NCBI RefSeq assembly: GCF_009914755.1
Contig: NC_060933.1
Source: the human T2T-CHM13v2.0 reference genome, Homo sapiens
Reading direction: 5' to 3' (one strand)
DNA length: 64,000 nt
The position numbers were made by a program, and so were the translations under genes. Positions within the stretch are counted from its first letter, which is position 1. Each line of letters begins with the position of its first letter. The notes beneath the pieces are model-generated. The model was not told the DNA's origin. It did not search any database and worked only from the letters and a program-made list of their open reading frames with translations. Shown here piece by piece: positions 45,984 through 61,954 of the stretch.

Positions 45984-48920
45984 CCCCTTGCCAGGGGAGT
46001 GAACCGTTTTGTCTCACTGGGGTTGCAGGTGCCACTGGGTATGAAAAAAACTCCTGCAGCTAGCTCGGTGTCTGCCCAAAGAGCAGCTCAGCTTTGTGCT
46101 TGAGACCCAGGTCCCTGGTGGTGTCAGCACACGAGGGAATCTTCCGTTGTGCAGACTGCAAAAACCGTGGGAAAATTGTAGTACCTGGGCTGGGTAGCAC
46201 AGTCCCTTGTGGCTTCCCTTGGCTGGGGGAGGGAGGTCCCCCAGCTCCTTGTACTTCCTGGGTGAAACGGTACCCCACCCTGCTTCTGCTCACCCTCCGT
46301 GCTTTGTACCTACTGCTTAACCAGTCCCAATGAGATGAACTGGGTCCCTCACTTGGAAATGAAGAAATTGCCCACCTTCTGCGTTGGTCTCGCTGGGAGC
46401 TGCAGACCAGATCTGTTCCTATTTGGCTATCTTTTCCCCTCCCTTGTATGCTGACTTTTTATCATGCAACTTTACTGAATTTATCAGTCCTAATAATTTT
46501 CTTGTGGAGTCTTTAGGTTTTTCCAAATATAAGATGATATTTTCTCCAAACAAGGTTAATTTGACCTCTTCCTTTCCACTTTGGATGCTCTTTATTTCAT
46601 TCTCTTGTCTGATTGCTCTAGCTAGGACTTCCAATACTATGTTGAATAACAGAGGTGAAAGTGGACATCCTTGTCATGTTCCAGATCTTAGAGGAAAGAC
46701 TTACAGTTTTTCCACATTCAATATTAATACTAGCTTTTGGTTTGTCATTTATGGCTTTTATTGTGTTGAGATATGTTTCTTTTATACTCAGGTTTTTGAG
46801 GGTTTTTATCCTGAAGCAATGTTCAATTTTATGAACTGCTTTTTCACGTGACATCAATTGAAATGATCATGTGGTTTTTGTGCTTTATTATGTTGATAGG
46901 ATATATCTCATTGACTGATTTGCATATGTTGAACTATTATTGCTTCCCCAGGATAAATCCCACTGTGTCATGATGAATGACCTTTTTCATGTGTTGTTGA
47001 ATTTGGTTTGGTAGTATTTTGTTGAGGATTTTTGCATCAATGTTCATCAGGGGTATTGGCCAGTGGTTTCCTTTATTTGATGTGTCTTTGTCTGGTTTTG
47101 GTATCAGGGTAAGACTAGCCTTGTTGAATGAATTTGGAAGTGTTCTCTTCCTGTTTTTCCAACTACTTTAAATATGATTGGTATTAGTTCTTTAAATGTT
47201 TGGTAGAATTCAGCATTTAAGCCATTGGGTGCTGGGCTCTTCTGTGCTGGAAGACTTTTTTTGTTATGGCTTCAATCTTATTACTTGTTACTGGTCTGTT
47301 CAGGTTTTGGATTTCTTCATGATTCAATTTTGGTAGGTTGTATGTGTCAAGGAATTTATTTGTTCTAGATTTTCCAATTTATCGGCGTATAGTTGCTCAT
47401 AGTAGCTGCTAATAATCCTTTGAATTTCTGTGGTATTGGTTGTAATGTCTCCTTTTTCATCTTTGATTTTATTTGTGTCTTCTCTCTTTTCTTATTAATT
47501 AGTCTGGCTAAGGATTTGTCAATGTTATGTATCTTTTCAAAAACCATCTTTTTCTTTCATTGTTCTTTTTCTGTTTCAATTTCATTAATTTATGCTCTGA
47601 TCTTTATTATTTCTCTTCTAATTTTGTGTTTTGTTTGCCCTTTCCTAGTTCTTTAAGATCAATGGTTAGGTTGTTTATTTGAAGTTTTCCTACTTTTTTG
47701 ATGTAGGCGCTTATAACTATAAACTTTCCTGTTAGTACTGCTTTTGCTATAGGTTTGTTTTGTTGAGTTTACATTATTATTTAAGAAAATTTTCAATTTC
47801 CTTCTTAATTTCTTCATCGTCATTCAAGAGCATATTGTTTAATTTTCATGTGTTTTTAGAGGTTCCAAAATTCCTCCTGTTACTGATTTCTAGTTTTATT
47901 CCATTGTAGTCAGAGAAGATACTTGATATAATTTCAATTTGTTTGAATTTTTAGGAATTTTTTATTGAGTCACATATGGTCTATTCTTGATAATGATCCA
48001 TGTGCTGAGGAGAAGAAAAGAATGCGTATTCTGGACCAGTTGGATGAAATCATCTGTAACTACTTATTAGATCTATTTGTTCTGCAGTGCAGATGAAGTC
48101 CAGTGTTTCTTTGTTGATTTTCTGTCTGGATGATTCTGTCTAATGCTGGAAGTGGGATGTTGAAGCCTCCAGCTATTCTTGTACTTGGGCCTTGCTTTTT
48201 AGCTCTAATAATATTTTCTCTATATGTTTGGGTTCTCCAGTGTTAGGCACCTATATAATTATAATTGTTATAGCCTCTTGCCAAATTGACCCCTCTCTTA
48301 TTGTATAATGAGCTTGTCTCTTTTTATAGTTTTTGTCTTGAAATCTGTTTTGTCTAAGTATAGCTACTCATACTCATTTGAGAGATTCTTGAGCCACAAC
48401 TATAATTCACCCATGACTTCTATAAGAATGTGGTTCACCAAGGTTTAGGAAGAGATTGAGGTATCTGCATTTTAAAACATATTCATAGGCACTTTTGATA
48501 TTCACCTTAGGGAAAATACTATGATTTTACAGAAGATAATCTAAACTTGAAAAGTAAATATTTTTCCATCTTTATGGATGGAGAAACCCAAGATCCAATA
48601 TTTAACAGTTTTAAAGACTACTAGAGAAAATTTGTACATCTTTCATTGTAACTTGCTTAATACTTAACTCTAACATTTGGACAGAAGTTATTTTTATTAT
48701 TTATTTATTTATTTTTATTACACTTTAAGTTCTGGGGTACATGTGCACAACGTGCAGGTTTGTTACATATGTATACATGTGCCATGTTGGTGTGCTGCAC
48801 CCATTAACTCGTCATTTACATTAGGTATATCACCTAATGCTATTCCTCCCCGCTCCCCCTACCCCACGACAGGCCCCGGTGTGTAATGTTGCCGTTCCTG
48901 TGTCCAAATGTTCTCATTGT

Positions 48921-52735
<3,815 letters not shown>

Positions 52736-52798
52736 TATGATTTTAGCTGGTTATTTTGCTTATTAGTTGATGCAGTTTCTTCCTAGCCTCGATGGTCT

Positions 52799-53813
52799 TT
52801 ACACTTTGGCATGTTTTTGCAGTGACTGGTACCGGTTGTTCCTTTCCATGTTTAGTGCTTCCTTCAGGAGGTCTTGTAGGGCAGGCCTGGTGGTGACAAA
52901 ATCTCTCAGCATTTGCTTGTCTGTAAAGTATTTTATTTCTCCTTCACTTATGAAGCTTAGTTTGGCTGGATATGAAATTCTGGGTTGAAAATTATTTTCT
53001 TTAAGAATGTTGAATATAGGCACCCACTCTCTTCTGGCTTGCAGAGTTTCTGCCAGGAGATCTGCTGTTATTCTGATGGGCTTCCCTTTGTGGGTAACCC
53101 GACCTTTCTCTCTGGCTGCCCTTAATATTTTTTCCGTCATTTCAACTTTGGTGAATCTGACAATTATGTGTCTTGGAGTTGCTCTTCTCGAGGAGTATCT
53201 TTGTGGCGTTCTCTGTATTTCCTGAATTTGAATGTTGGCCTGCCTCACTAGGTTGGGGAAGTTCTTCTGGATAATATCCTGCAGAGTGTTTTCCATCTTG
53301 GTTCCATTGTCCCCATCATTTTCAGGTACACCAATTAGATGTAGATTTGGTCTTTTCACATAGTCATGTATTTCTTGGAGGCTTTGTTCATTTCTTTTTA
53401 CTTTTTTCTCTAAACTTCTCTTCTCACTTCATTTCATTCATTTGATCTTCAATCACTGATACCCTTTCTTCCAGTTGATCAAATTGGCTACTGAAACTTG
53501 TGCATTCATTACGTAGTCCTCGTGCCATGGTTTTCAGCTCCATCAGGTCATTTAAGGACTTCTGTACACTGGTTATTCTAGTTAGCCATTTGTCTAATCT
53601 TTTTTGAAGGTTTTTAGCTTCTTTGTGATGGGTTCGAACTTCCTCCTTTAGCTGGGAGAAGTTTGATTGTCTGAAGCCTTCTTTTCTCAACTCGTTAAAG
53701 TGATTCTCCATCCAGCTTTGTTCCGTTGCTGGCGAGGAGCTGCATTCCTTTGGAGGAGGAGAGGAGCTCTGATTTTTAGAATTTTCAGCTTTTCTGCTCT
53801 GTTTTTTCCCCAT
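52799..53813 (-). pseudogene. L1 ORF1, disrupted
   Basis: MGKKQSRKAENSK... (53424-53813) and ...RPNLHLIGVPE...YPAKLSF...QKHAKV (52799-53359). Confidence 0.95.
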
Positions 53814-54387
53814 CTTTGTAGTTTTATCTACCTTTGGTCTTTGATGATGGTGACGTACAGATGGGGTTTTGGTGTGGATGTCCTTTCTGTTTGTTAGTTC
53901 TCCTTCTAACAGTCAGGACCATTAGCTGCATGTCTGTTGGAGTTTATTGGAGGTCACTGCAGAACCTCTTTGCCTGGGTGTCAGCAGCGGAGGCTGCAGA
54001 ACAGCGAATTTTGCTGAACAGCAAATGTTGCTGCCTGATCATTCCTCTGGAAGCTTCATCTCAGAGGAGTACCCAGACATGTGAGGTGTCAGTCTGCCCC
54101 TACTAGGGGGTGCCTCCCAGTTAGGCTACTCGGGGGTCAGGGAACCACTTGAGGAGGCAGTTTGACCATTCTCAGATCTCACACTCCATACTGGGAGAAC
54201 GACTGCTCTCTTCAAAGCTGTCAGACAGGGACATTTAAGTCTGCAGAGATTTCTGCTGCCTTTTGTTTGGCTATGCCCTGCCCCCAGGGGTGGAGTCTGT
54301 GGAGGCTGGCAGGCCTCCTTGAACTGCGGTGGGCTCCACGCAGTTCGAGCTTCTTGGCCGCTTTGTTTACCTACTCAAGCCTCAGCA

Positions 54388-54570
54388 ATGGTGGGCACCC
54401 CTTCTCCAGCCTCGCTGCCACCTTGCAGTTCGATCTCAGACTGCTGTGCTAGCAATGAGCGAGGCTCCGTGGGTGTGGGACCCTCTGAGCCAGGCGCGGG
54501 GTATAATCTCCTGGTGTGCCGTATGCTAAGACCGTTGGAAAAGCGCAGTATTAGGGTGGGAGTGACCTGA
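54388..54570 (+). CDS. L1 ORF0 homolog (antisense ORF of the primate L1 5'UTR), 60 aa, prematurely terminated
   Basis: GCAATGG context; MVGTPSPASLPPCSSISDCCASNERGSVGVGPSEPG...IRVGVT* matches recalled ORF0 (MAGAPPPASLPPCSLISDCCASN...); expression not shown. Confidence 0.6.
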   Translation: MVGTPSPASLPPCSSISDCCASNERGSVGVGPSEPGAGYNLLVCRMLRPLEKRSIRVGVT

Positions 54571-55161
54571 TTTTCCAGGTGCTGGTTGTCACAGCTTCCG
54601 TTTGCTAGGAAAGGGAAATCCCTGACCCCTTACACTTCCCGGGTGAGGCAGTGCCTCACCCTGCTTTGGCTCACATTCGGTGGGCTGCACCCACTGTCCT
54701 GCACCCACTATCTGACAAGCCCCAGTGAGTTGAACCCGTTACCTCAGTTGGAAATGCAGAAATCACCCATCTTCTGAGTTGCTCACTCTTGGAGCTGTAG
54801 ACTGGAGCTGTTCCTATTTGACCAACTTGGAACTGTCCCCCAGGCTATTTTTAATAATTAGTGGTTAAGAACACAAGCCGTTGAGTCAGGTAACTGGATT
54901 TGTAATCCTGGCTTGCTAGTTGTGTAAATTTTGAAGATGTGGTTTGCTTTCTTTTTAATATTCTGTACTTTTTTTGTAGACTTGTTAATACTTTTTTCTT
55001 GTGCTCACTTTCCTATTTTCAGTTCTTTTCCTCCTCCTGTTTGGTAATGAAAACTCAATTCTGGAAAATTAGAATGGTAAAAGGGAATAAAGGCAAGATG
55101 ATTTTTAGATTTTATTGACATGTTTTTATTGGCCGGTTTATTAAGATTTTATTGATACATT

Positions 55162-55192
55162 TATCAAGGATATGTGTGCTATATCCTTGATA
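55162..55192. repeat. Perfect 12-bp inverted repeat with 7-nt spacer
   Basis: TATCAAGGATAT-GTGTGCT-ATATCCTTGATA. Confidence 0.95.
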
Positions 55193-55276
55193 CACTTGGT
55201 TCAAAGATTTAATTTCATAGTAAAGGAGAGATTGTCTTATTTTTATTTCTATTTCTTATTTTATTTCAATTTTTAG

Positions 55277-55321
55277 AGTTAAAGTTTACATGTTTGCATG
55301 TTTGATAGGGAGACTATTTCT
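55277..55321 (+). other. Candidate 45-nt cassette exon
   Basis: Long AG-free pyrimidine-rich tract ending TTTTTAG, then GTAAGT donor; one open frame (VKVYMFACLIGRLF). Confidence 0.3.
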
Positions 55322-56306
55322 GTAAGTTTATGTTATATTCTCTCACTACTGGGACCACCTCCCTCCTGCTCCTTTCCACTCTAAAGCACTTGGGTTACAC
55401 AGCTGCTATATGGTTGTACCCTGTCCCATGTGTATTAAGCCAACATAGGCTGCAAAGGGGTTGCAGTTTGGAGCATGATAGTAGCGTGGCTGTTTGGAGA
55501 CCCCAGAACTGTAGCTGCCAGAATTATGCCATCTGGTAGCAATGCTGCCAGGCAGTTCCACCCAGGGCATAAATGTATTTTTGCTGAGCACTTTTCGTGT
55601 TGCAAGAGCCATGATTGCCTAGGCAGGGATGTGGATGGATGGTCATGGGAACTAACTGAAAGGTGTTTAATTGGAACCACTCTAATGTTCAAGGTGAGAG
55701 TACTTGCAATAAACATGAAGAATCACATTCAAACTTTTACAATAGATGCAGGAAGCTTAACCAAATAGTCTTTTAACTTTTATGAAGATTTTTAAATTAA
55801 ATAATTGTGAGATTATAGTAAGGAATAGTTACTTTAAAAATTTAATCTTTATACACATGGCAGAAGGTGGTACAGAAACATAGCTTTTGTTTTTAAGGTA
55901 AAATAATTGTGATCACCTTTATTTGTTGAGAGTTTATTTCTGTTTTCTTAAAAATTCCCAGAACATTGAACGTAATTCAACATTCCATGGGGAAGAAAGT
56001 ATTATGCAGCTTGCATGTGTGCATATCTGCATATCGGAGCACAAAATATTGACATGATAATTGTAGTCAAGCCTGAGTGAACAGTGGCCTGTGGGAATTC
56101 AGCTGGTGTTGTACCAACTGGATGGCTGCTCAGGACACAGTTTGAAATGCAAGGTGCAAGTTAGCACTTTATTCAGCACAGGCAGGCATCATTTAAAAAT
56201 CCTTGGGGGCAACCCTGGTGATGTGCAGATGTTAAAACAGTCTGTTCTGAAGTGCTGATTTTCAAACACTGGAAGAAACTTCTAGATTCTGGGTGAAAAA
56301 TATTTG

Positions 56307-56361
56307 CACAATCATGAAAGGCATATAATGCACAATCATAAAAGGCATATAATACACAATC
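56307..56361. repeat. 24-bp tandem repeat, 2.3 copies
   Basis: CACAATCAT(G/A)AAAGGCATATAAT(G/A) twice plus CACAATC. Confidence 0.9.
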
Positions 56362-58310
56362 TTTTCCTACTCTTTTATGTTGTTTTACATAATAAATGTT
56401 GAGTATATGCAGAAATATCTGGACAAATAGTTAAAAGAGATGAAATATAAGAAAATCAGGAAATAGTCACTTAATTTCTAACTATAAAACAGAAAAAGGT
56501 TTTGTTTTGAGTTTCAGCTTTGTATATTTAGAAATGGTGTTGAATGAGTATCTGATATATAAAGAGTATCTGATCTTATTTAATACTATATTTAATATAA
56601 GCAGATGTGTTCTTTTGAATTGTTGCTTCTTTGTTTAAAGGGTTCATCTGTACTCCATAATTTACAGATTCAGATTCACATCTTAGCCTGATAATCTTCT
56701 GCATTTTAGTCTGATTGAATAAGGAAAAAAATGTCCATCATTTGTCGTTTGCCAACTTCTCCAGCACAAGTTTTGGCTTTCAAATATAATTTTAAACATG
56801 TATTTTATACTGGAAATTAAATATAATAGTTCTAAATTCTGGATTATACAATAAAAACTCAGTTTTGTATAAAAGCAAAGTAGATATATTAACTATACTT
56901 GAGCCTTTAAAACATTTTATATCAAAGTTTTTACATGAATTAAGATCTGTTGAATTATTTTTATTCCACATATTAAAGTTTTCTTTTTTTAAATATTTGC
57001 TTTTACTGTGGAGTAAAATGTGTTTGTACAATATTTTTGCAACCTCTTTTTCAAGTTTTATTATTGTTATATTGTTTATAGATGCCATTCCAGTAATTCA
57101 CTATGCGTATTCATAAGAAGAAATACTTATAAAATAGTTCATGAATAAATGGATAATTTGATGATGGCATAACTTTGATTTCTCTGAACTTCTGTTATTA
57201 AGTCTTACTGTTTTAGAATCTTAGTGTTTACTAGAAATTGGGAATTGTTTAAATTGCAAACCATTGATATGTATAAAATCTGCATTTTAATAGGTTCTCT
57301 ACTCAAATGAAAGAAAACGTTAGTCCAATAAATAGCTTTATTTTGTGTGTTATTTATGTCTGTAAATCAAAAATAACCAACTTCAGTAAGTTTTGCTTTT
57401 TTATTTTGTTTATAAATTCAGACCAATATCACTGCCTCATTTATAGTTGGATGTTTTTTTAGACTCTAATATTTCATTTTGACATCTCATTAAAAGTGGG
57501 CTCAAACCCAGAAAATATGATCCTGTTGTAGTGTATAATATATGGCATGGTCTATAACATAATAAAATTTTGTTTCTTAATGATTCAGAATAATTTCTCA
57601 GATTTTTGAGCTTAGAAAAATGACTGAAAGTTAGCGTGGTAATTCATGTGGCTAAGTACAGCATTGTTAAAATGTTTAAATGGGAAGTACTCTTGGGAAA
57701 AATGATTGGTGCTTAAAAGTTGTACAGATTTGACAGCCTCTCTTCGCTTCATTTTTCATTCTAAAGAAGTCGGCAAATATTCTTCGCTCACATCATTATT
57801 GCACATCAGTGGTTCTAATTAGCTAAACAGGAGTTTGTCTCAGTCATTGATCATCATCAGCTCCTGGCAGTGTCTTTTTTTTTCTTTTTAAGGAACCTTT
57901 TTTTTTTTAGGTCTTGTAAGTACATAGAAGTACATGTATTAATTGAATTGACCAGATTGGTTGGTGACATTATAAACTTGAAACAATATTTAAAAATTTT
58001 ATTTTTTCAAGTAGAAAATATTGTATTCCTGTTACAGCACCATTTTATCTTGGGAGCATTTTCCTGTTATGAAAATGTTAGACATCTCATACCACCAGGA
58101 GGAGCTGCTAGACAAATTGCCATATTTTGAGTTTTGATTATCTTTCAATTTCAAAATTATAACATATTAGTCAATTTTGGAGGTTTTTGGTTATAAGATA
58201 TACCATTCAGGTATATTTTTGAAGTTTTTATTTTATATGGCACTTATGACCCATTTTTTCAATATTATGTCACTCAGATTAATCTACTGGGAAGTGTGTT
58301 ATTGTTATTT

Positions 58311-58825
58311 TGGTGACTCTCACACTTTAGTGTGCATCAGAATCGCTTGAGATCTTGTGTCTTAGTCAGTTCTGACTGCTAAAACAGAATCCTGGGTGGC
58401 TTAAATAACAAACATTTATTCTCATGGTTCCAGGAAGTACAAAATTAAAATGCTAGCCAATGTGGTTTCTGGTGAGGGCTCTTTGTAAATGGCTGCCTTT
58501 TTGTTGTATCCTCATATGACACCGAGAGATCTTCTCTCTAGTGTCCCCTCTCATTAAGGTGCTACTCCCATTCATGAAGGAGTAATCCTCATGACCCTAA
58601 TTGCCTTTCATAGGCCTACCTCCAAATACTATGACATTGGTTATTAGGGCCTCAATATATGAATTTTGAGGAGACACAAACCTTCAGTCCATAGCACCTT
58701 GTTAAACACAGATTGCTGGGCCCCCACTCTTACAGTTCTTGATTCAGTGCATCTGGATTGGGCTGAAGAACATGCATTTCTAACCTGGGTGATGATGATG
58801 CTCGTGCTCTGGCAACCTAACCACT
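58311..58825. mobile_element. MER5A-like hAT-Charlie element split by an MLT1 LTR
   Basis: CTTTAGTGTGCATCAGAATC...CTTGTTAAACACAGATTGCTGGGCCCC...TGCATTTCTAAC. Confidence 0.8.
58358..58696 (-). mobile_element. MLT1A-like MaLR solo LTR
   Basis: TGTCTTAGTC...TTCAGTCCATAGCA termini; TSD TCTTG/CCTTG. Confidence 0.85.
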
Positions 58826-59049
58826 AGTTAGACTGTGAGTATGTGTACATACTTGTGTCATAGGAGATAATTAGCCTAGTATCAAGCTCATTTGGAAGCT
58901 GTAATAATGCTTTTGTTTGGGTTTGGTGTCACATAATCTAGTATTATCCGTATCTCATTTAAAAGTACTACCAGAATTTATTTGGACATTAGTGGGGATC
59001 TTAAGTTTATTATAGAAGAGGGGATTATAAAGACTAACCGTACAGTTTT

Positions 59050-59590
59050 TTTAAAAACATTTAAGTTTAGGGGTACATGTGCAGGTTTGTAATGTAGTTA
59101 AATGTTTTTTAGGTAAACTTTAAAGGTAAACTTGTGTCATGGGAGTTTTGTTATACAAATTATTTTATCACCCACTTATTAAGCCTAGTACCCATTAGTT
59201 ATTTTTCCTGATCTTCTACCTCCTCCCACCCTGCACTCTCTGATAGGACCCAGTGTGTGTTGTTCCCCTCTGTGCAGCCATGGGTTCTCATCATTTAGCT
59301 CCCGCTTATAGGCGAGAACATGTTGCACATGCAATATTTGATTTTCTCTACCTGCATTAGTTTTCTGAGGATAATGACCTTCAGCTCCATCCCTGTCCCT
59401 GCAAAGGACATGATCTTGTTCTTTTTTATAGCTTTGTAGTATTCCACAGTGTATATGTACCACATTTTCTTTATCCAGTCCATCATTGATGGGCATTTAT
59501 GTTGATTCCATGTCTTTGCTATTGTAAACAGTGCTGCAGTGAATATATGGGTGCATATGTCTTTATATGGAATGATTTATATTCCTTTGT
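59050..59590 (-). mobile_element. 5'-truncated older L1PA (PA13-16-like) 3' end
   Basis: GGGGTACATGTGCAGGTTTG...AAACTTGTGTCATGGG; ORF 59295-59486 resembles the ORF2 C-terminus (WIKKMWYIYTVEYY). Confidence 0.85.
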
Positions 59591-60969
59591 AACCCTATAA
59601 ATTAAACTAATTCCTGGACAGTTAAAAATAGATTCATGGTATATCTGGAAAAGAACTTACAAAGGAACTATCTGACTGTAGTTAATGCTTTGACTTTCAT
59701 GATCTGGGTCTTTGTCCCTGGGTAAATCCTATAATGCCCTAACTTTTGGGATCCTGTTATTTTCCTCCTAATGTATATACCTCTAATAGATTTAGTATTC
59801 TTTTGCAGTACTTCTGATTTTATAATGATAAGCTAAACATTCAAGTGGTAATTTGAGATAATATATTAGTGACAAATTATAGGTAAAGTTCATATATTTT
59901 AACATAAAATAGTTGTATAAATCAATAAAAACACACTAAAATATAAAATGGCAGATATATCGATAGGCAACGCCAAAACATAAAATAAAAAGGGGCAGAA
60001 ATTCATCAGTTTCTGAAAGTACATTATATTTTATTATTAATATAAGAAACAAAAGAAGGCCTAGTTGTACATAATGGATTGCAATTATGTATTAAATGTA
60101 CTATTAACGTATGGTAAGTAGACAACAAAATAATAAAGCAAGATAAAGTGCAAATGGTAAAAATAAATCATCATAATATACATGTTTGCAAAATTTCCAG
60201 TGTGGTTTATTCCAATTCTCCGCCTTTTGTGTGCCTACATCCAAAGGGCTAAACTTGGCTTGAGAAAGACCTTGAACCATGATGACAATGATCTTGTATA
60301 AATTTATGACCACTAATTTTAAGTGGCCCTCAGTACTGCCTGTTCATCATCCTATTTTTTCCTGGCCCGCTTACTATCTCAGTATCCTAGAATGTTTTGT
60401 TTTCTCTTTTCTCAACTTCCAACACTTCTTTTCCCATTCTTACTTTCAGCTGTTGGATACCCTTGCTTTCATATACCATTGAGAAAGTGGAAACTCTTAG
60501 AAGGGAGCTTTTATTCCTTCCCATAACTGTATCTACCAACATATCTGAATCTGTTCTCATATTCTCTCTTTTTATTTCTTTGGAAGAACTGTTTATATTT
60601 ACCTAAGGCCGAACAAACTATATGTACGCTTCAAGCCTCAAGGATTCAAAGATGTTGGACTGCAGTTCTCTTTTCTGTCCTGCATTATCAGTGTCTCTCA
60701 CTGCCCTGGATCATTCCTGTCAGCATACACACAGGCTGTCTTATCTCCCATGTTTAAAAAAAACAAAAACAAAAACAAACTCTTGTGATCTCATATTTCC
60801 CTTGAACTATTTTGCCATTTCTCTGCTCCTTTCTGTGCAAAATTTCTCTGAAGAGTACTTTTCAGTATTTCTGTGTTTTTCTTTCTCACTTGAACTCACT
60901 CTAATTAGGCTTTGTAATCACCATCCTTCTAAAATAGTTCTTGTCAAGATATCAACTACTGACCTTAAT

Positions 60970-61341
60970 TGATATGGTTAGGCTCTGCGTCTCCACCCAA
61001 ATCTCATCTTTAGTTGTACTCCCATAATTCCCAATGTGTTATGGAAAGGACCTAGTGGGTAATAATTTGAACCATGGGGGTGGTTTCCCCTGTACTGTTC
61101 TCGTGGTAGTGAAATATCGTGGTATATGAAAGCAAGGGAGATCTGATGGTTTTATCAGGGGTTTCCGCTTTTGCATCTTCCTCATTTTCTCTTGCCGCTG
61201 CCATGTGTAAGAAGTACCTTTCACCTCCTGCCATGATTCTGAGGCCTCCCCAGCCATGTCGAACTGTAAGTCCAAGTAAACCTCTTTTTCTTCCCAGTCT
61301 CGGGTATGTCTTTATCAGCAGTGTGAAAACAGACTAATACA
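60970..61341 (+). mobile_element. THE1A-like solo LTR
   Basis: TGATATGGTT...GACTAATACA; 5-bp TSD TTAAT at 60965 and 61342. Confidence 0.93.
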
Positions 61342-61614
61342 TTAATATTGCTAAATCCAACAGTCATTTCTCAGTCTTTAGTGTGTTTGCAGCATTTGGT
61401 ATACTTGATCATTCCTTTCTACTAAATTCTATTCACTTAGCTCTTTCTCTTTATTCTCTTAAATTACTGGCTTATCCTTCTTAGTTTCATGTGATGTTTT
61501 TTCCTTATCTTACTAATCTATAAATGTTGAAATGTTCCAGGACTGAATCCTCATACTTCTTTATGCAAAATCACTCCCTAGGTGAACTTATCTACCCTTA
61601 TGGTCTTAAAAATA

Positions 61615-61954
61615 TAGTAGTCTGCCTTATCCATGGGGGATACGTTCCAAGCCTCCCAACGGGTACTTGAAACCATGGATAGCACTGAACCCTATGTACA
61701 CTACGTTTTTTCCTACACGGTAATAGGCAGGTTGTGTTTATAGCATGGATACTTTCGACAAAGAGATGATTCATGTCCTACGTGAGTTGGGACTTGGACA
61801 GTGCAAGTTTTTTCATGCATTCAGAACAGCACTGCAATTTAAAGCTTATGGATTGTTTATTTCTGGAACTTATCATTTAATATTTTTGGATCACAGTTGG
61901 CTGCTGGTAACTGAAGCCATGGAAAGTGAAACTGAGGGTAAGGGGGAACTACGG
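61615..61954 (-). mobile_element. MER44A-like (Tigger7 derivative) DNA transposon
   Basis: Terminal inverted repeats AGTAGTC..CCTTATCC / GGTAAGGGGGAACTAC; TA flanks. Confidence 0.8.

Noticed and set aside
55330-58130. Several 68-98 aa ORFs in unique sequence
   Set aside because: No recognisable domains, several non-ATG starts, overlapping on both strands; consistent with random ORFs
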